The translations under genes were made by a program, and so were the position numbers. Of a DNA stretch of 64,000 nt, positions 24,191 to 37,382 are shown in pieces. Source of the DNA: Octopus vulgaris (Eukaryota); assembly GCA_951406725.2 (NCBI GenBank), contig OX597834.1, positions 28,272,001 to 28,336,000 of the forward strand. Direction: 5' to 3'. Below the pieces are notes generated by a model, which searched no databases, had not been told where the DNA came from, and saw only the letters and a list, made by a program, of their open reading frames with translations. The stretch's first letter is position 1; each line of letters begins with the position of its first letter.

Positions 24191-24409
24191 TTAACCCTTT
24201 TTAATACCAACCTGCCTGAGACTCTGGTTCTATAAAATAAATTCCTTGTTTTAAAGTAATCTAAATTTCAAACTTCCATCAAAATTCCAAGTTAATTTAA
24301 GCTCCAAACACCACCTTAAAATTGACTGAAGTCATTTTACTAAATTCTTCATTATTAATAGAAACAAAGGCAGAATACTTCAACAGAAATATTGTAACAA
24401 AAGAGTTAA
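24191..24409. mobile_element. TTAA-flanked piggyBac-like MITE
   Basis: TTAAcccttttt ... aaaagagTTAA termini. Confidence 0.65.
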
Positions 24410-24450
24410 AGTGGTCTAAATTAAGACCTTTCTATCAAAATGCCATGCTA

Positions 24451-24499
<49 letters not shown>

Positions 24500-24505
<6 letters not shown>

Positions 24506-24708
24506 ACAGAACGCCATGATAGACCGTTAGCTCCTACACGCATTTTTTTCTCTCCTTGTTTCTCTTCTGTGTATCTTTCTATCAAAGAGCATAGGCTCGA
24601 AACATAAAAGACTTGTTCTATTTCTATTCCTGAGCGCCATACTAATACATTTGTTTGTTTGTACTCCACCTGCCTTCATCTTTTGTTTATTTTCGTAAAC
24701 CTTCCCGT
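24500..24708 (+). mobile_element. Penelope-like terminal fragment with degenerate minimal hammerhead (24574-24611)
   Basis: tcttt ctatcaa a gagc-atag-gctc GAAAC ata aaaga: stems I and II intact, core decayed. Sits between (TA)n tracts; related to 42211-42425 and 53698-53860. Confidence 0.6.
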
Positions 24709-24833
24709 TATATATATATATATATATATATATTATATGAAATATATATTATATGTATATATCATATATATTATATATTTATATATTATATTATGTACAT
24801 ATAATATATATATATTACATTATGCATAATGTT

Positions 24834-24875
<42 letters not shown>

Positions 24876-25014
24876 ATATACAACATTTGTGATAGACAAT
24901 TATCAAGGCTCTAAGTGAGATGCAGAGAATGAAGACAGGTATAGCTTTGTGTGTATGTGTATTCATATATGCATGCATATATATATGTGCATGTATATAT
25001 TTGTATGTATCATA

Positions 25015-25046
<32 letters not shown>

Positions 25047-25380
25047 CACATACCACACACACAGATCTGTTGATAGTAATGTGCTCTAATTGACTAATTG
25101 CAATAATTGATGGTTGTTGGTTGTGTTCTAGCTGTTGCTGTTGCTGCTGCTGCTGATACTTCTGGATACAGTTACTGTTGTGATGGTGGCTGCTGCTTTG
25201 TCCAGAAGCAAAAATTTCACACTCTAGTTGCGTTAACAATTTTTTCCTACACCTCCATTTCATGCAATATTCCTAGCAATACCTTCCCCATACATACATC
25301 ACACACACACACACACTTTCTCTCTCTCTCTCGCTCTCTGTGGTTTGGTTATATTTCATTTGTCTTTGGAATAGATCCAT

Positions 25381-25415
<35 letters not shown>

Positions 25416-25582
25416 GACACATGTATAGATGCACGCATATACACATGAAGATTGATAGAGCCTCGTGTGTGTAAATGTGTGTGAGTGTAGATGGATACAC
25501 ACACATACATACACACACACTCATGGTATGAATAGAATGTATGGCATGAAATGAGAGTAGCAAACAATTTGAGAAGCATAAA

Positions 25583-25617
<35 letters not shown>

Positions 25618-26495
25618 TATTGGTGATATTAGTAAGTGTATAGTGGAGTAAGACAGACAGACAGACAGTTGGAGAAACATAAAAATTAAACACGCAAAAA
25701 CCTATGTGCACATGCAGGTAAGGAGTGTGTACAATAATTGCTTAGAGAAATAAAAAGCAAGGAAAGAGAGTGAGAGAGAAGAGAGAGAGACAAGGAAGAT
25801 GAGAGAGACAAAGATGAAAAGAGAGAGGCAGACAGACAGAGAGACAAGCAGACAGACAGGCAGGCAGGCAGACAGACAGAAGGGAGAGCAGTGAGAGAGA
25901 GACATATGCTAAACATTGTGTCCCTTTGTTTTACATGTGTGCAAGATGTTGGCCATATGTTAGCAACAGGAAGAAAAAAAGGGAGCAAAAAAAATAAAAG
26001 GAGAGAGGGTGTCGTGAAAAGTGGGGTGGAGTAGACAGGGATATGTTATCTCCACTACATCCAGCCCCCAAGTGCAGCAGAATTGGCATGGCTAAAAAGA
26101 CCAGCTCTAAGGTACAACTGTAGGTCGGTGGGAAAAATTGAAAGAAAGCATTCGTGATTGCTAGACGAAGTAATCCTGCGATCATATGGTAAATTGACCC
26201 TCTGTGGTTACCACTCACTATTTCCAATTTTGTGGAGATAGGGAGGGTCTTCCTTGATATAAACAGATTGGCTACTTGTTCCTCTGAGATTGGTCAAGTA
26301 AGTGATGTAGACAACTCTGATAAAACCTCAGTAAGGATCAAAAATCAGTTAAGTTTGTTCAACACTTTTTTCAATCTCTGGAGAAATAGCCAAATTTGCC
26401 TGGTTTGTATGTCACCTACACAGGTACACTTATATCATACCTTGATACTGTGTACACAGAGATCCTCTTAGACAGGTGTCTGATATTACTTAGAG

Positions 26496-26821
26496 CAATG
26501 GCTTTCAACCAGGGTCCATATGGCCCCTGAAGGTCCATATAAGATTGTTGGGGTCCACACAATATAATTGTAAACTGGGGACCCACAAAAGTATTTTAGG
26601 GACCTCTGAAAAAATGTTGCTTTAGATGTATTGATATGTATTGCAAGAAACTGCTGGGTTTCTTTCTCTAACATTTTATATAGTTCAAACTACACAAGTT
26701 GATATGTGAAAAACAAAATATGAATTTTGGAAGAGGTTTCTATAAAACTAGTTTTTAAATATTGAGTGGATATGAGGGTCCACCAGAATAAAAGTATAAT
26801 CAAAGGGGTTGAGAACCCCAG
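26496..26821. mobile_element. hAT-like MITE with 8-bp TSD
   Basis: caatggctttcaacc ... ggttgagaaccccag; flanks acttagag / agttagag (7/8). Confidence 0.7.
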
Positions 26822-27149
26822 AGTTAGAGTGTACAATTCAAATGTATGCAAATTAGTAGTACCAGTTCTCTGAAGCTACTAGATTTAATATGTATATAAA
26901 CAGACTGGCTACTTATCTCTCTGGGATTCAAGTGATGTGGTCATCTATGATGAACCCCAATAAGGACCAAAAGGATGTTCATATTTTTTTTATTTATTGA
27001 GAAATAAATAAGCCTGAATGTTTGTATGTCTACCACAATGGTTTACAAATAGTCTTATTACAGTTTGTTAGTGTTTATGTTGACCTCAGCATTTTACTTG
27101 CTGTAGCTCCCTCCCTCAATGTACCTTCCTCCCTCTCTGGCATCCACTA

Positions 27150-27618
27150 AAAGAAATTGGAGCTTTGTGGATACATGCCAGGTCTATTTGCCCCATCTCT
27201 TAGCAGACGTCTACGGCAACTGGCAACAGACTGGAAATGTTTCCAGCTGTGTTAGCAGGGAAATGGTGACGCTGCTAAAAAAAAAAAGGATGCAAAACAA
27301 AGGAGAGATATCATCGACAATTTCAGGCCCATAACACAAGGGGTTGAGATTTTGGCCAAGGTGCTTATGAAGATTCAATGGGGTCAACAATCAGTATTGG
27401 GGTTGGAGTTCTGTCCTCAATGCAAAGGATTTTGGCCTCTGTTTTCAAATTTATCATCAGTTCAAAGCACAACAGCATTTACTTGGTACACCCATCACAA
27501 CCATTTTGGTCACATCAGATGCTTGGTTCATCAAGGGCAACCTCTCTTATCACACCTGTACATTTTGGCTCTTAAGCCATTACTGCATTAAGTAGAGGTG
27601 CTGAGAGGCATCCCACTT
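27150..27618 (+). pseudogene. L1/Tx1-type LINE reverse-transcriptase relic (frameshifted, internally deleted)
   Basis: Frameshifted pieces read LLADVYGNWQQTG..VTLLKK..D..IIDNFRPIT..ILAKVL and HQGQPL...LYILALKPLL, matching NxRPIxLLN/KILAKxL and RQGCPLSPLL RT motifs. Confidence 0.75.
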
Positions 27619-27621
27619 GAA

Positions 27622-27805
27622 AAGGTGAGCTGGCAGAACCGTTAGTGCATCAGACAAAACGTGTAACAGCATTTCAAATACCACCAAGGCTAACTTCGCC
27701 TATCATCCTTGCAAGGTTGATAAATTTAAGTCCAGTACGGGGGGTTGCTGTAATCAACAAAACCCTCCCCTAAAATTGCTGGCCTTGTACCAAAATTAGA
27801 AAACA
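27622..27805 (+). mobile_element. SINE C2, old
   Basis: aggtgagctggcagaaccgttag ... aaattgctggccttgtaccaaaattagaaa then (TTA)n. Confidence 0.7.
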
Positions 27806-28959
27806 ATTATTGTTGTTATTATTATTATTATTATTATTATTGTAATTATCATCATCATCATTATTATTATTATTGTTATATTTATTCAAATTTTCAATAG
27901 TTTTTTACTGCAGTTTTATTGCCAGTAACCATAATTATCACGCTTATCATTAGTTTTTTAAAGAATTTCTTGGCTGAATTTTTTTCTTTTTTTTGTTACA
28001 TTTTCTTCCATTTCCACAAAGAAGACCCCTCCCCACACTCCAGGTTGCCATTCTTCAGACCAACTAAATTTCTTAGCCATCTGCTTGGCACTAAAACATT
28101 TTTCTGGCCTCCATTCTTTGATTCTTGCTTGCACTTTCTACAGAATTTAGCGCTTTGGGAACAAGGCCAAATTTTTATACTCTTTCAGTGGCTTCAGCCA
28201 TTGGACTGTGTCCATGCTGGAGCATTGCCTTCAAGGATGCTTAGTCGGTCATATTGACCCCAAGTGCATATGTACTTACTTCACAATGGAATTTATTTTA
28301 CCTGCTTCTATTTACTGATGATGATGGTAGTGATGATGGTGGGGGGGAGGAGGATTTACAAACTGGCTAAGTTTTACTTTTTAGGAGTAAAGGGATGCAA
28401 TGTAAAGCACCATTTTACATTGGTACACACATACACTGTAGCCATGACTTGACTAATACTCTGCTAAAAATAGCAACATAAATATCACTCAAATCCTACT
28501 GTGTTACATTTAATATGGTAGGGCTCGGCTCATTAGGCAATGTAGTTATGAGGTAGGATGGCCACAGTTGGATACCTCTTTGATCATAGGTTTGTGGGTT
28601 TGGACTGACCTTGGGCTACAACTTCTTCAATATGTATACACATCACATTATGTATACATACACATACATCAGATTATAGATTAAATCGCATCATACACAA
28701 CAGACCCTACCGCCACCATTTTGCCAGAATTACTCGAGTACATCCACACAAATGCACACATACACACAACACATAGACCCACACAAACATACAAATACAA
28801 TGTATCAAACACACACACACACACATCACCTATACATACATACATGAGCAACACCAAACCTGATATCAAATCACATCCAATCACACACACACACACATGC
28901 TATAGAAACAGATACATACACATACAGACACATGCAAAAACTATAAAAACACAAATACA

Positions 28960-28967
28960 ACACTCAT

Positions 28968-29008
<41 letters not shown>

Positions 29009-29122
29009 CACACACATATATACACACACACACACATATATATACACACACACACACATATATACACACACACACATATATACACACACATATATACACA
29101 CACACACATATATATACACACA

Positions 29123-29212
<90 letters not shown>

Positions 29213-29215
29213 CAC
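28960..29215. repeat. Long (CA)n/(TA)n compound microsatellite
   Basis: Direct inspection. Confidence 0.95.
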
Positions 29216-29490
29216 ACTATACAAACACACACTTTACAAACACAACATGCATATATACATACACATTACTAACACAAAATCCATGCACACAAATATATAC
29301 ACATAAAATGCATACACTGCAAACACTCACACACTGTGCAGACACACATATGACCATAGACACAATACACTCAAACATTATACAAACACAAATGCAAAGC
29401 CATACATGTAAGCCAGCCCATACACACACATGCGCAGATGCTATGCATGTGCAAGTGCAACAGTAATACAAATATGCACACATACACATA

Positions 29491-29700
29491 CTCTTTTACT
29501 CTTTTACTTGTTTCAGTCATTTGACTGCGGCCATACTGGAGCACCACCTTTTAGTCGAGCAAATCGACCCCGGGACTTATTCTTTGTAAGCCCAGTACTT
29601 ATTCTATCGGTCTCTTTTGCCGAACCGCTAGCTGACGGGGACGTAAAAACACCAGCATCGGTTGTCAAGCAATGCTAGGGGGACAAACACAGACACACAA

Positions 29701-29760
<60 letters not shown>

Positions 29761-29917
29761 GACAGGCTTCTTTCAGTTTCCATCTACCAAATCCACTCAC
29801 AAGGCATTGGTCGGCCCGGGGCTATAGCAGAAGACACTAGCCCAAGATGCCACGCAGTGGGACTGAACCCGGAACCATGTGGTTGGTTAGCAAGCTACTT
29901 ACCACACAGCCACTCCT
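29491..29917 (-). mobile_element. SINE B, near full length
   Basis: Reverse complement of the 57238-57633 copy. Confidence 0.9.
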
Positions 29918-31023
29918 ACACACACTATATAAACGCAACACATACATACACACAACACACTCAACATTATAAAAATCATACATACATTCAGGCAAACCCA
30001 TACACATACACACACACCATACAAGTACAAACACAACATTAATACGTATAAGTGTGCATACAAATACACACACATTCACAAACACATGCACCTATATACA
30101 TACACACACACACTCAGAGAAACAGCTGTCTCTAAGTGAAGCAGACATGTTGAGAAGGCAATCCAAATCAGACCAATGAACGATTGTTGCATTGATATTT
30201 TTACATGGCAGATACAGACATGCAACAATAAAGACTCCGTTGATTCGACAAACTCTGCGAGTCTTGTGTGCAGTAGCAGCAGCGGGTGGTGTTGATGCTA
30301 TGTGTGTGCAACGGTGCGAAAGGTTGGCACTAGATTTGCATACATGCATCTATGTTTAGCATTGGAACTGCCGAGACAAGAATTACTACAGAATTTCAAA
30401 TCAGGTCACAAAATAGACTTTGGTTAGGTTTTTTTTTCTTTTCTTTTTTTTTTAGTTTTTCTGAAACAAAATGTATACATACACACACACATGCAAGCAC
30501 ATACACACAAGCATACACACACACACACAAACACATATTCATATTATAGCATGCAGATACAAACATATACTCAAGCTAGGTGCATGCACACCGATTTTAG
30601 TTTTATAAAACACACACACACACACATGGATATACACATACATAAATGCACACACACACACATACACACATTCATAAGGCAGAATGCAGACAGAAATGCA
30701 TATATATACACACACACAGGCTTAAGCGCATGTTCAATGGCGTTTGCAGTTTTCTAATAAAATACACAACACATATGTACACATACATGCATACATACGC
30801 ACACACAGAATATCAAACACATTCATACAAGAGCATACAGATAAAGAAAAACAAACACAGACATATATATACCCACATGCACGCACGCACATGTGGGTAT
30901 AAATGCTAGCATATGAATGACTACTTTGCTAGCCATTCATATTCTTGTGTAGACACAAACCAACGCACCCGTGTATATAAAGAAACATAGGCAGTTTATA
31001 TATGAGTACGCATATATAAATCG

Positions 31024-31532
31024 TTACTTAGCGGTTCGGCAAAAGAGACTGATAGAATAAGTACTGGGCTTACAAAAGAATAAGTCCCGGGGTCAAGTTG
31101 CTTGATTAAAGGTGGTGCCCCAGCATGGCCGCAGTCAAATGACTGAAACAAGTAAAAGAGTGAAAGGGAGATATATCTATGGATGTATACTCTTTACTCT
31201 TTACTTGTTTCTGTCATTTGACTGTGGCCATGCTGGAGCACCGCCTTTAGTCGAGCAAATCAACCCCAGGACTTATTCTCTGAAAGCCTAGTACTTATTT
31301 TATCACACACACACACACACACACATATATATACACACACACACATATATATATACACACACACATACATATGTACACAATGGGCTTCTTTCAGTTTCCA
31401 TCAACCAAATCTACTCATAACACTTGGGTCAGGCTTTAGTAGAAGACACTAGCCCCAGGTTTGCATGCAAAGGGACTGAACCCAGAACTATGCGATTGGG
31501 AGGCAAACTTCTTACATCACACCTATGCCTGT
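31024..31532. mobile_element. Tail-to-tail SINE B pair: 31024-31166 (+) and 31188-31532 (-)
   Basis: Both tails face a ~25-nt spacer. Confidence 0.85.
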
Positions 31533-32317
31533 AGCTGTTCAATATCCTTCAGTGATGTATATTGGTGAAAGACTGAAGAATGAAAGACAAAAACAGAACG
31601 AATAAATCAGCGCTGCTGAGCCAAAGTTCCCTGTGATATTTGTTCTGCTCGACTTGCTCAGACGATCCCTTGTTAATTCTCGATATCGTAAATGTATTGA
31701 ACCAATGAATGAATGAATGACCAGTTGGAAAAACAGGAACAGACAATGGCCACTGTTCATAAAATGTGATTGGAAATAAAAACACCAAAAGAAAATTGAC
31801 AAAGAATGGAAAATTAAAAACTAAAAAAGGTGAAAAAAAAACAAAAACTAATGAAAACTTACAATAATAAAGAAATTTTTTTTTATAAAGAATATATGAA
31901 CATAACATGGTTAGTCATTATTCTATTGAATGGGATCGGAACTTCATGGAATATTCTCATATTCTGGCAAATGTAGAACTCAGTTTTTAACAAAACAATC
32001 ATGTGATTGCTACCAGATGTGAGGACTTTCACAATACAGACACTGTTACAACAAGGAGATAGTTTCACTCGAAATTACTGCCCGACCCCCTAACACGTCC
32101 ACTCCTAATACTTGAGAGCTACTTCATTTTATCAACCCCAAAAAACCCAACCCCATCCCGAAGGATGGAATGACCCCCCCAGGGGAACTAGAATAATGTA
32201 TCAAGAGAATGGAATGCAAAGTCAGTGTCAGCATTCTAATTCAGAATATTGAGGGACAAGACTAAATACCTCACTACTAGCCATGATGATGATGATGATG
32301 ATGATGATAATAATAAT

Positions 32318-33365
32318 CCTTTCTGCTATAAGCACAAGGTCTGAAATTTGGAAGGAGGGGGGAGGCAATCGATTAGATCGACCCCAGTATGCAGCTGGTA
32401 CTTAATTTATTGACCACCACCACCACCACCCACTCCCCAGAAGGATGAAAGGCAAAGTCGACCTCGGGGGGGAATTTGAACTCAGAACATAAAGACAGGC
32501 AAAATACTACTAAGCGTTTCACCTGGCATGCTAACGATTCTGCCAGCTCGCTGCTTTATTATTAATAATAATAATAATAATAATAATAATCCTTTCTACT
32601 AAAGGCACAAGGCCTGAAATTTTGGTGGGGAGGGACTAGTCGATTACATCGACCCCAGTCCCTCCCCAGGTAAAGTTGACCTCAGCAGAACTTGAACTCA
32701 GAATGTAGCGACAGGCAAAATACCACTAAGCATTTCATCCAGTGTGTTTAATGATTCTGCCAGCTCACTGCCTTCTTAATAAATATAATAATTGCAATGT
32801 TAATAATGGTTTCAAATTTTGCCACAAGGGCAGCTATTTTGAGGAAGGGGATAAGCCAATTACATCAACCCCAGTGTTCAACTGGTACTTATTTTATTGA
32901 CCTCAAGAGGATGGAAGGCAAAGTCAACCTTGGCAGAATTTGAACTTAGATCGGAGTGACGGGCGAAATTCTGCTAAGCATTTTGTCCAGCATGCTAACG
33001 ATTCTGCCAGCTTGCCGCCTTCTTAATAATAATAATAATAATAATAATGGTTTCAAATTTTGCCACAAGGGCAGCTATTGTGGGGAAGGGGATAAGTTGA
33101 TTACATCAACCCCAGTGTCCAACTGGTACTTATTATATTGACCTCAAGAGGATGAAAGGCAAAGTTGACCTCAGTGGAATTTGAACTCAGATCGGAGTGA
33201 CGGGAGAAATTCTGCTAAGCATTTTGTCCAGCATGCTAACGATTCTGCCAGCTTGCCGCCTTCTTAATAATAATAATAATAATAATAATAATATTAATAA
33301 TAATATTAATGATAATAATGGCTTCAAATTTTGCCACAAGGGCAACCATTTTGGGGGAGGGGGAT
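32318..33365 (-). mobile_element. Head-to-tail array of ~4.5 SINE C2 units separated by (AAT)n
   Basis: gattctgccagct ends units near 32550, 32765, 33012 and 33252; the last two units are nearly identical. Confidence 0.88.
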
Positions 33366-33719
33366 GAGTAATAATAATAATAATAATGAAAATGTTTTGC
33401 TCTTGCTGAAGGCCACAAATTTTCACAGTGATTGGTGAAGAGGGGGGGGGCGCAGGATATTTCACAAATGAATGATTTTGGATAATGAAGTTCTAAACAT
33501 CCTCAAGAAAGAGAGGAAGGAGGGAAGGATGTTCCTGAGTCGGAGGGGAAAACAACTTGGATCATAGTGTTGCTTGGTCAAGCTGACCTGGGGCTAAACA
33601 ACAAATAAATAAATATATAAATAAATAAAGCCCCAAGGCTGCTTTACCTGAACAACATGAGAAGAGACAGAACCAGAGAGAGGGAGAGAGAGAGAGGGAG
33701 AGGGAGAGAGAGAGAGGGA

Positions 33720-33757
<38 letters not shown>

Positions 33758-34584
33758 TACAGGCAAACAGGGAGAAAAAGACAGAAGGGAACAGAGAGAG
33801 AAGGGGAGGGAGGGGAAATAGTGACAGAATATTTGAATAAAACAATCTACTTTGAGCTGGGGAGGGGGACAGGATGGAGGAGGAAGGGCACATGGTCCCT
33901 CTCCCCCCCTCATCCACCCACGCTTTCGGACCCCCACCCTCACCCCCACCCAGAATTGCTAACCGGAGAGGGAGAGAGACAAGGAGCAATGTGAGGATTT
34001 AACCAAAAATATCCCCGGGGGTGGGGGGAGGCAGGGGGTCGAATGTAGCGGGGGGGGGGGGGATGAGAGCCTGTAAGAGTGCTGTTACCATCAATGGTTA
34101 GTCACCACCACTACCACCACCACCACCATCATTAGTGCAGTATGTGATGATGAAATAACAGTGGGTCCATTGTTTTTGCCACGGAACCACATGTTGGATG
34201 ATGATGTCAGCAGAGAAGCTGACTGAGATTGAGTGTGTGGATGGGGGGTGGGGGAGGTGGAAAGGGGGTGGAGGAGGAAAGGAGGGGGGTTGATTAAGAA
34301 GGAGGGGAAAGGAAAAGAGAGGGAGAGAGGGAGGAGACAAGTGGTAAATGGGAATAAAGGGAGGAGAGCAGGTTTCCATAGTTGCTTCTTTTTATAACTG
34401 TGTGTGCATGTATGTATGTGTATGTATGTGTGCGTGTGTGTAAACACACACACACACACACATGAAATATAAATGGGTGGGGGGAAGGTTAAGAAGAGGA
34501 GGGCAAGAGAGGCTGCCAAAGTTTATGTTATGATAGAGAAAAAACAGAGGACAGTGAAAGAAGAAAACCAGAGAGGAAGAGAGA

Positions 34585-34730
34585 GGAGAGGCAAGACAAG
34601 AGAGAGAGAGAGATGAGAGGCAAGACAAGAGAGAGAGAGAGAGGCAAGACAAGAGAGAGAGAGAGATGAGAGGCAAGACAAGAGAGAGAGAGGAGACAAG
34701 AGAGAGAGAGGAGACGAGAGAGAGAGGAGA
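34585..34730. repeat. gaggcaagacaa(ga)n minisatellite
   Basis: Five or six direct units. Confidence 0.85.
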
Positions 34731-34962
34731 GAGGGAGCATATTTGTCATGTGGGTGATAGTGATAACCCTGCATGGAAGGGAGGAGAAAGAGGGCTAAGT
34801 GTTCCCCTTCATTGATTGTTCTACCATGTAGCCCTACAGAGCAGGAGAAGGGTACAGGATAATACCCCAACTAAGCAGGGAGAGGAGGTTATCAACATGT
34901 ATACAAGCACCTGTTTTGTATGAATATGCAGTTTCTGTATATTTGTATATTCATACACATAC

Positions 34963-35020
<58 letters not shown>

Positions 35021-35054
35021 GTGTGTATGTGTGTGTGTATGTGTATGTGTGTGG

Positions 35055-35483
35055 AGATATGCTGTGCTTGAGAAGACCTGGCAAGCCAAGTGAGACCATA
35101 ATTGTGGCCTATGCCAGTGCAGCATAACCAGCCCAGTTAAGAGTACCCCTCAACCATTGTGCAATAAACTGTGCTTGCAAAGACCTGTTGAGGCAAGTGA
35201 AGTCATTGTTGTGGGTGGGCACATAAGAAGCACCATTCAAGCGTGGTCGATGCCAGTGCTGCCTGACTGGCTCCTATGCCAGTGCCGGCTGACTGGTTCC
35301 ATGCTGATGGCATGCAAAAAGCACCATTCAAGCATGGTTGATGCCAGTACCGCCTAACTGGCCCTCGTGCTGGTGGCACATAAAAAACACCCACTACACT
35401 CTCATAGTGGTTGGTATTAGAAAGGGAATCCAGCTGTAGAAACTTTGCCAGATCGGATTGGAGCCTGGTGCAGCATCCTGGCT
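35055..35483 (+). mobile_element. Family D, longer 5' portion, tail missing
   Basis: Subrepeats tggcacataaaaagcacc...gatgccagt, then cacccactacactc...gaaagggaatccagctgtagaaac. Confidence 0.8.
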
Positions 35484-35524
35484 GTTGTCTAAAGCTTTAT
35501 GTAGCCCGTATGGCTTGTTGAGTG

Positions 35525-36060
35525 ACATGCAATGTGACAAACATGGTTTTCATGTAGAGTTCTATGGATCATATATGTATGATGTTAAGTAGGGTGTCAT
35601 GTAACAGACATGGTCAGTTATATTTGAGTTTCATGTGGCACTCACACTTTGTTGTTTGTAGTGTTATGTGGTACATGTGGTGCTCTGCTGTGTGGTTTTC
35701 CATGTAACATACATAGTTTGTTGTATGGAATTTTACGTGATACATGGTTTGTTGTGTGGAATTCCATGTGGTAAATGGTTTGTTGTGTGGAGGGTCATGT
35801 GACAGACATGGTCAGTTGTGCAGAGCATCATGTGGCACACATGTAGCATGTCGTGTATGTCATGTGACCCACATGGTCTGTCAAGTGGATGATCATGTGG
35901 CATACATGTTCTGCTGTGTGGAGTGTCACGTGACTCTTTTGGTCAACTGTGAGGTGTATCATGTGGCACAAATGGTCTGCTTGACATGTGGAGTTATAAG
36001 TATCAAACACATGTAGTCAGCCATGTGGCCTGTTATGTGGTATGTTGAGCGACATGACAG
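35525..36060. repeat. Degenerate 31-33-bp minisatellite
   Basis: Consensus about catgtggcacacatggtytgttgtgtggagtgt, roughly 15 units. Confidence 0.75.
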
Positions 36061-36429
36061 ACTTGGCCTGTAAACATTCACGTAAACAAACCACCGCCAT
36101 CACCACCACAACAAACATACACTCTGCCTAAAACACAGACAACAAACCGACAGACAGCTTCCAGCTATGGCTGGAATGTCCGACATCAATAAATCTGTGA
36201 AGAATTTAACCAATGTGGTGGTGGTGGTAGAGAGGTCAAACATGAAACCAGTGCCAAGACACCAACCTAACAACCAATCAACCAGACACCCCCTCCCCTC
36301 AAACTGTGATTTTACAATAACATCTCTTTCATTTACATTTAATTAATTACATAATATACGCCACTGTCTTTACTAATTAACAACACTTAATCAGTGTGCT
36401 TTGATATATATGTTGTTGTTGTTGTTAAT

Positions 36430-37080
36430 GATGATGGGGTGGGTGTATGGCAGTGTTGTATGATGGTAGTGATGGAGGTGGTGGTGGTGGTAGTGATAGC
36501 AGTGGTGATGATGGAGATGGTGGTGGTGGTGGCTGTGATGATGAGGATGGTGGTTGTGATGATAGAGATGGTGGTAGTGATGATGTTGATGGAGATGGTG
36601 GTGGTGGTGGCTGTGATGATGAGGATGGTGGTTGTGATGATAGAGATGGTAGTAGTGATGATGATGGAGATGGCAATGGTGAAAAAGATGGTGTTGATGG
36701 TGATGGTGGTGGTGGTTGTGATGATGAGGATGGTGGTTGTGATGATGATGGAGATGCAGTAGAGATGATGGAGATGGCAATGGTGAAAGAGATGGTGTTG
36801 ATGGAGATGGTGGTGGTGGTGGTTGTGATGATGAGGATGGTGGTTGTGATGATGAGGATGGTGGTAGTGATGATGATGGAGATGGTAGTAGTGATGATGA
36901 TGGAGATGGCAATGGTGAAAGAGATGGTGTTGATGGAGATGGTGGTGATGATGGAGATGGTGGTGATGATGGAGATGGTGGTGATGATGGAGATGGTGGT
37001 GGTTTATAGGTGAGGTGTGATGATAGTGATGGTGATGGTGGTTGATAGGATGAAATGTGGTGGTGGTCACGGTGGTGTTG
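36430..37080. repeat. (GAT/GGT) trinucleotide compound repeat
   Basis: gatggagatggtggtggt / gtgatgatgaggatggtggtt units. Confidence 0.9.
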
Positions 37081-37382
37081 GTGAAGACAGTAGTGGTAAA
37101 GCAAATATGAATGGTAAGTACCATAAAGCAGCTCTAATCCAAGACCAAGCTGTCAGTCAGAGGAAGCTCCACCACCACCACCACCACCACTACTACTTTC
37201 ACCACTAGGAATACCATCATTAGCTCTACATAAGTACTGCCCCACTACCACCTATACAGCAGTGTTCCACCACTATCGTCACCATCACTACCGATACAAC
37301 CATCATCATCATGATTGTCATCAGTTATACATGGTTCCTGCCCCGTCATCGCCGGCAGGGGTATGCCATTAGTTGCAATGAC

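Noticed and set aside
35525-36060. CRISPR-like periodic repeats
   Set aside because: Contiguous degenerate units without unique spacers, in a eukaryotic context with no cas genes.
36387-37124. His-rich 245-aa ORF resembling cephalopod His-rich beak proteins
   Set aside because: Trinucleotide repeat open in most frames; no non-repetitive domain.
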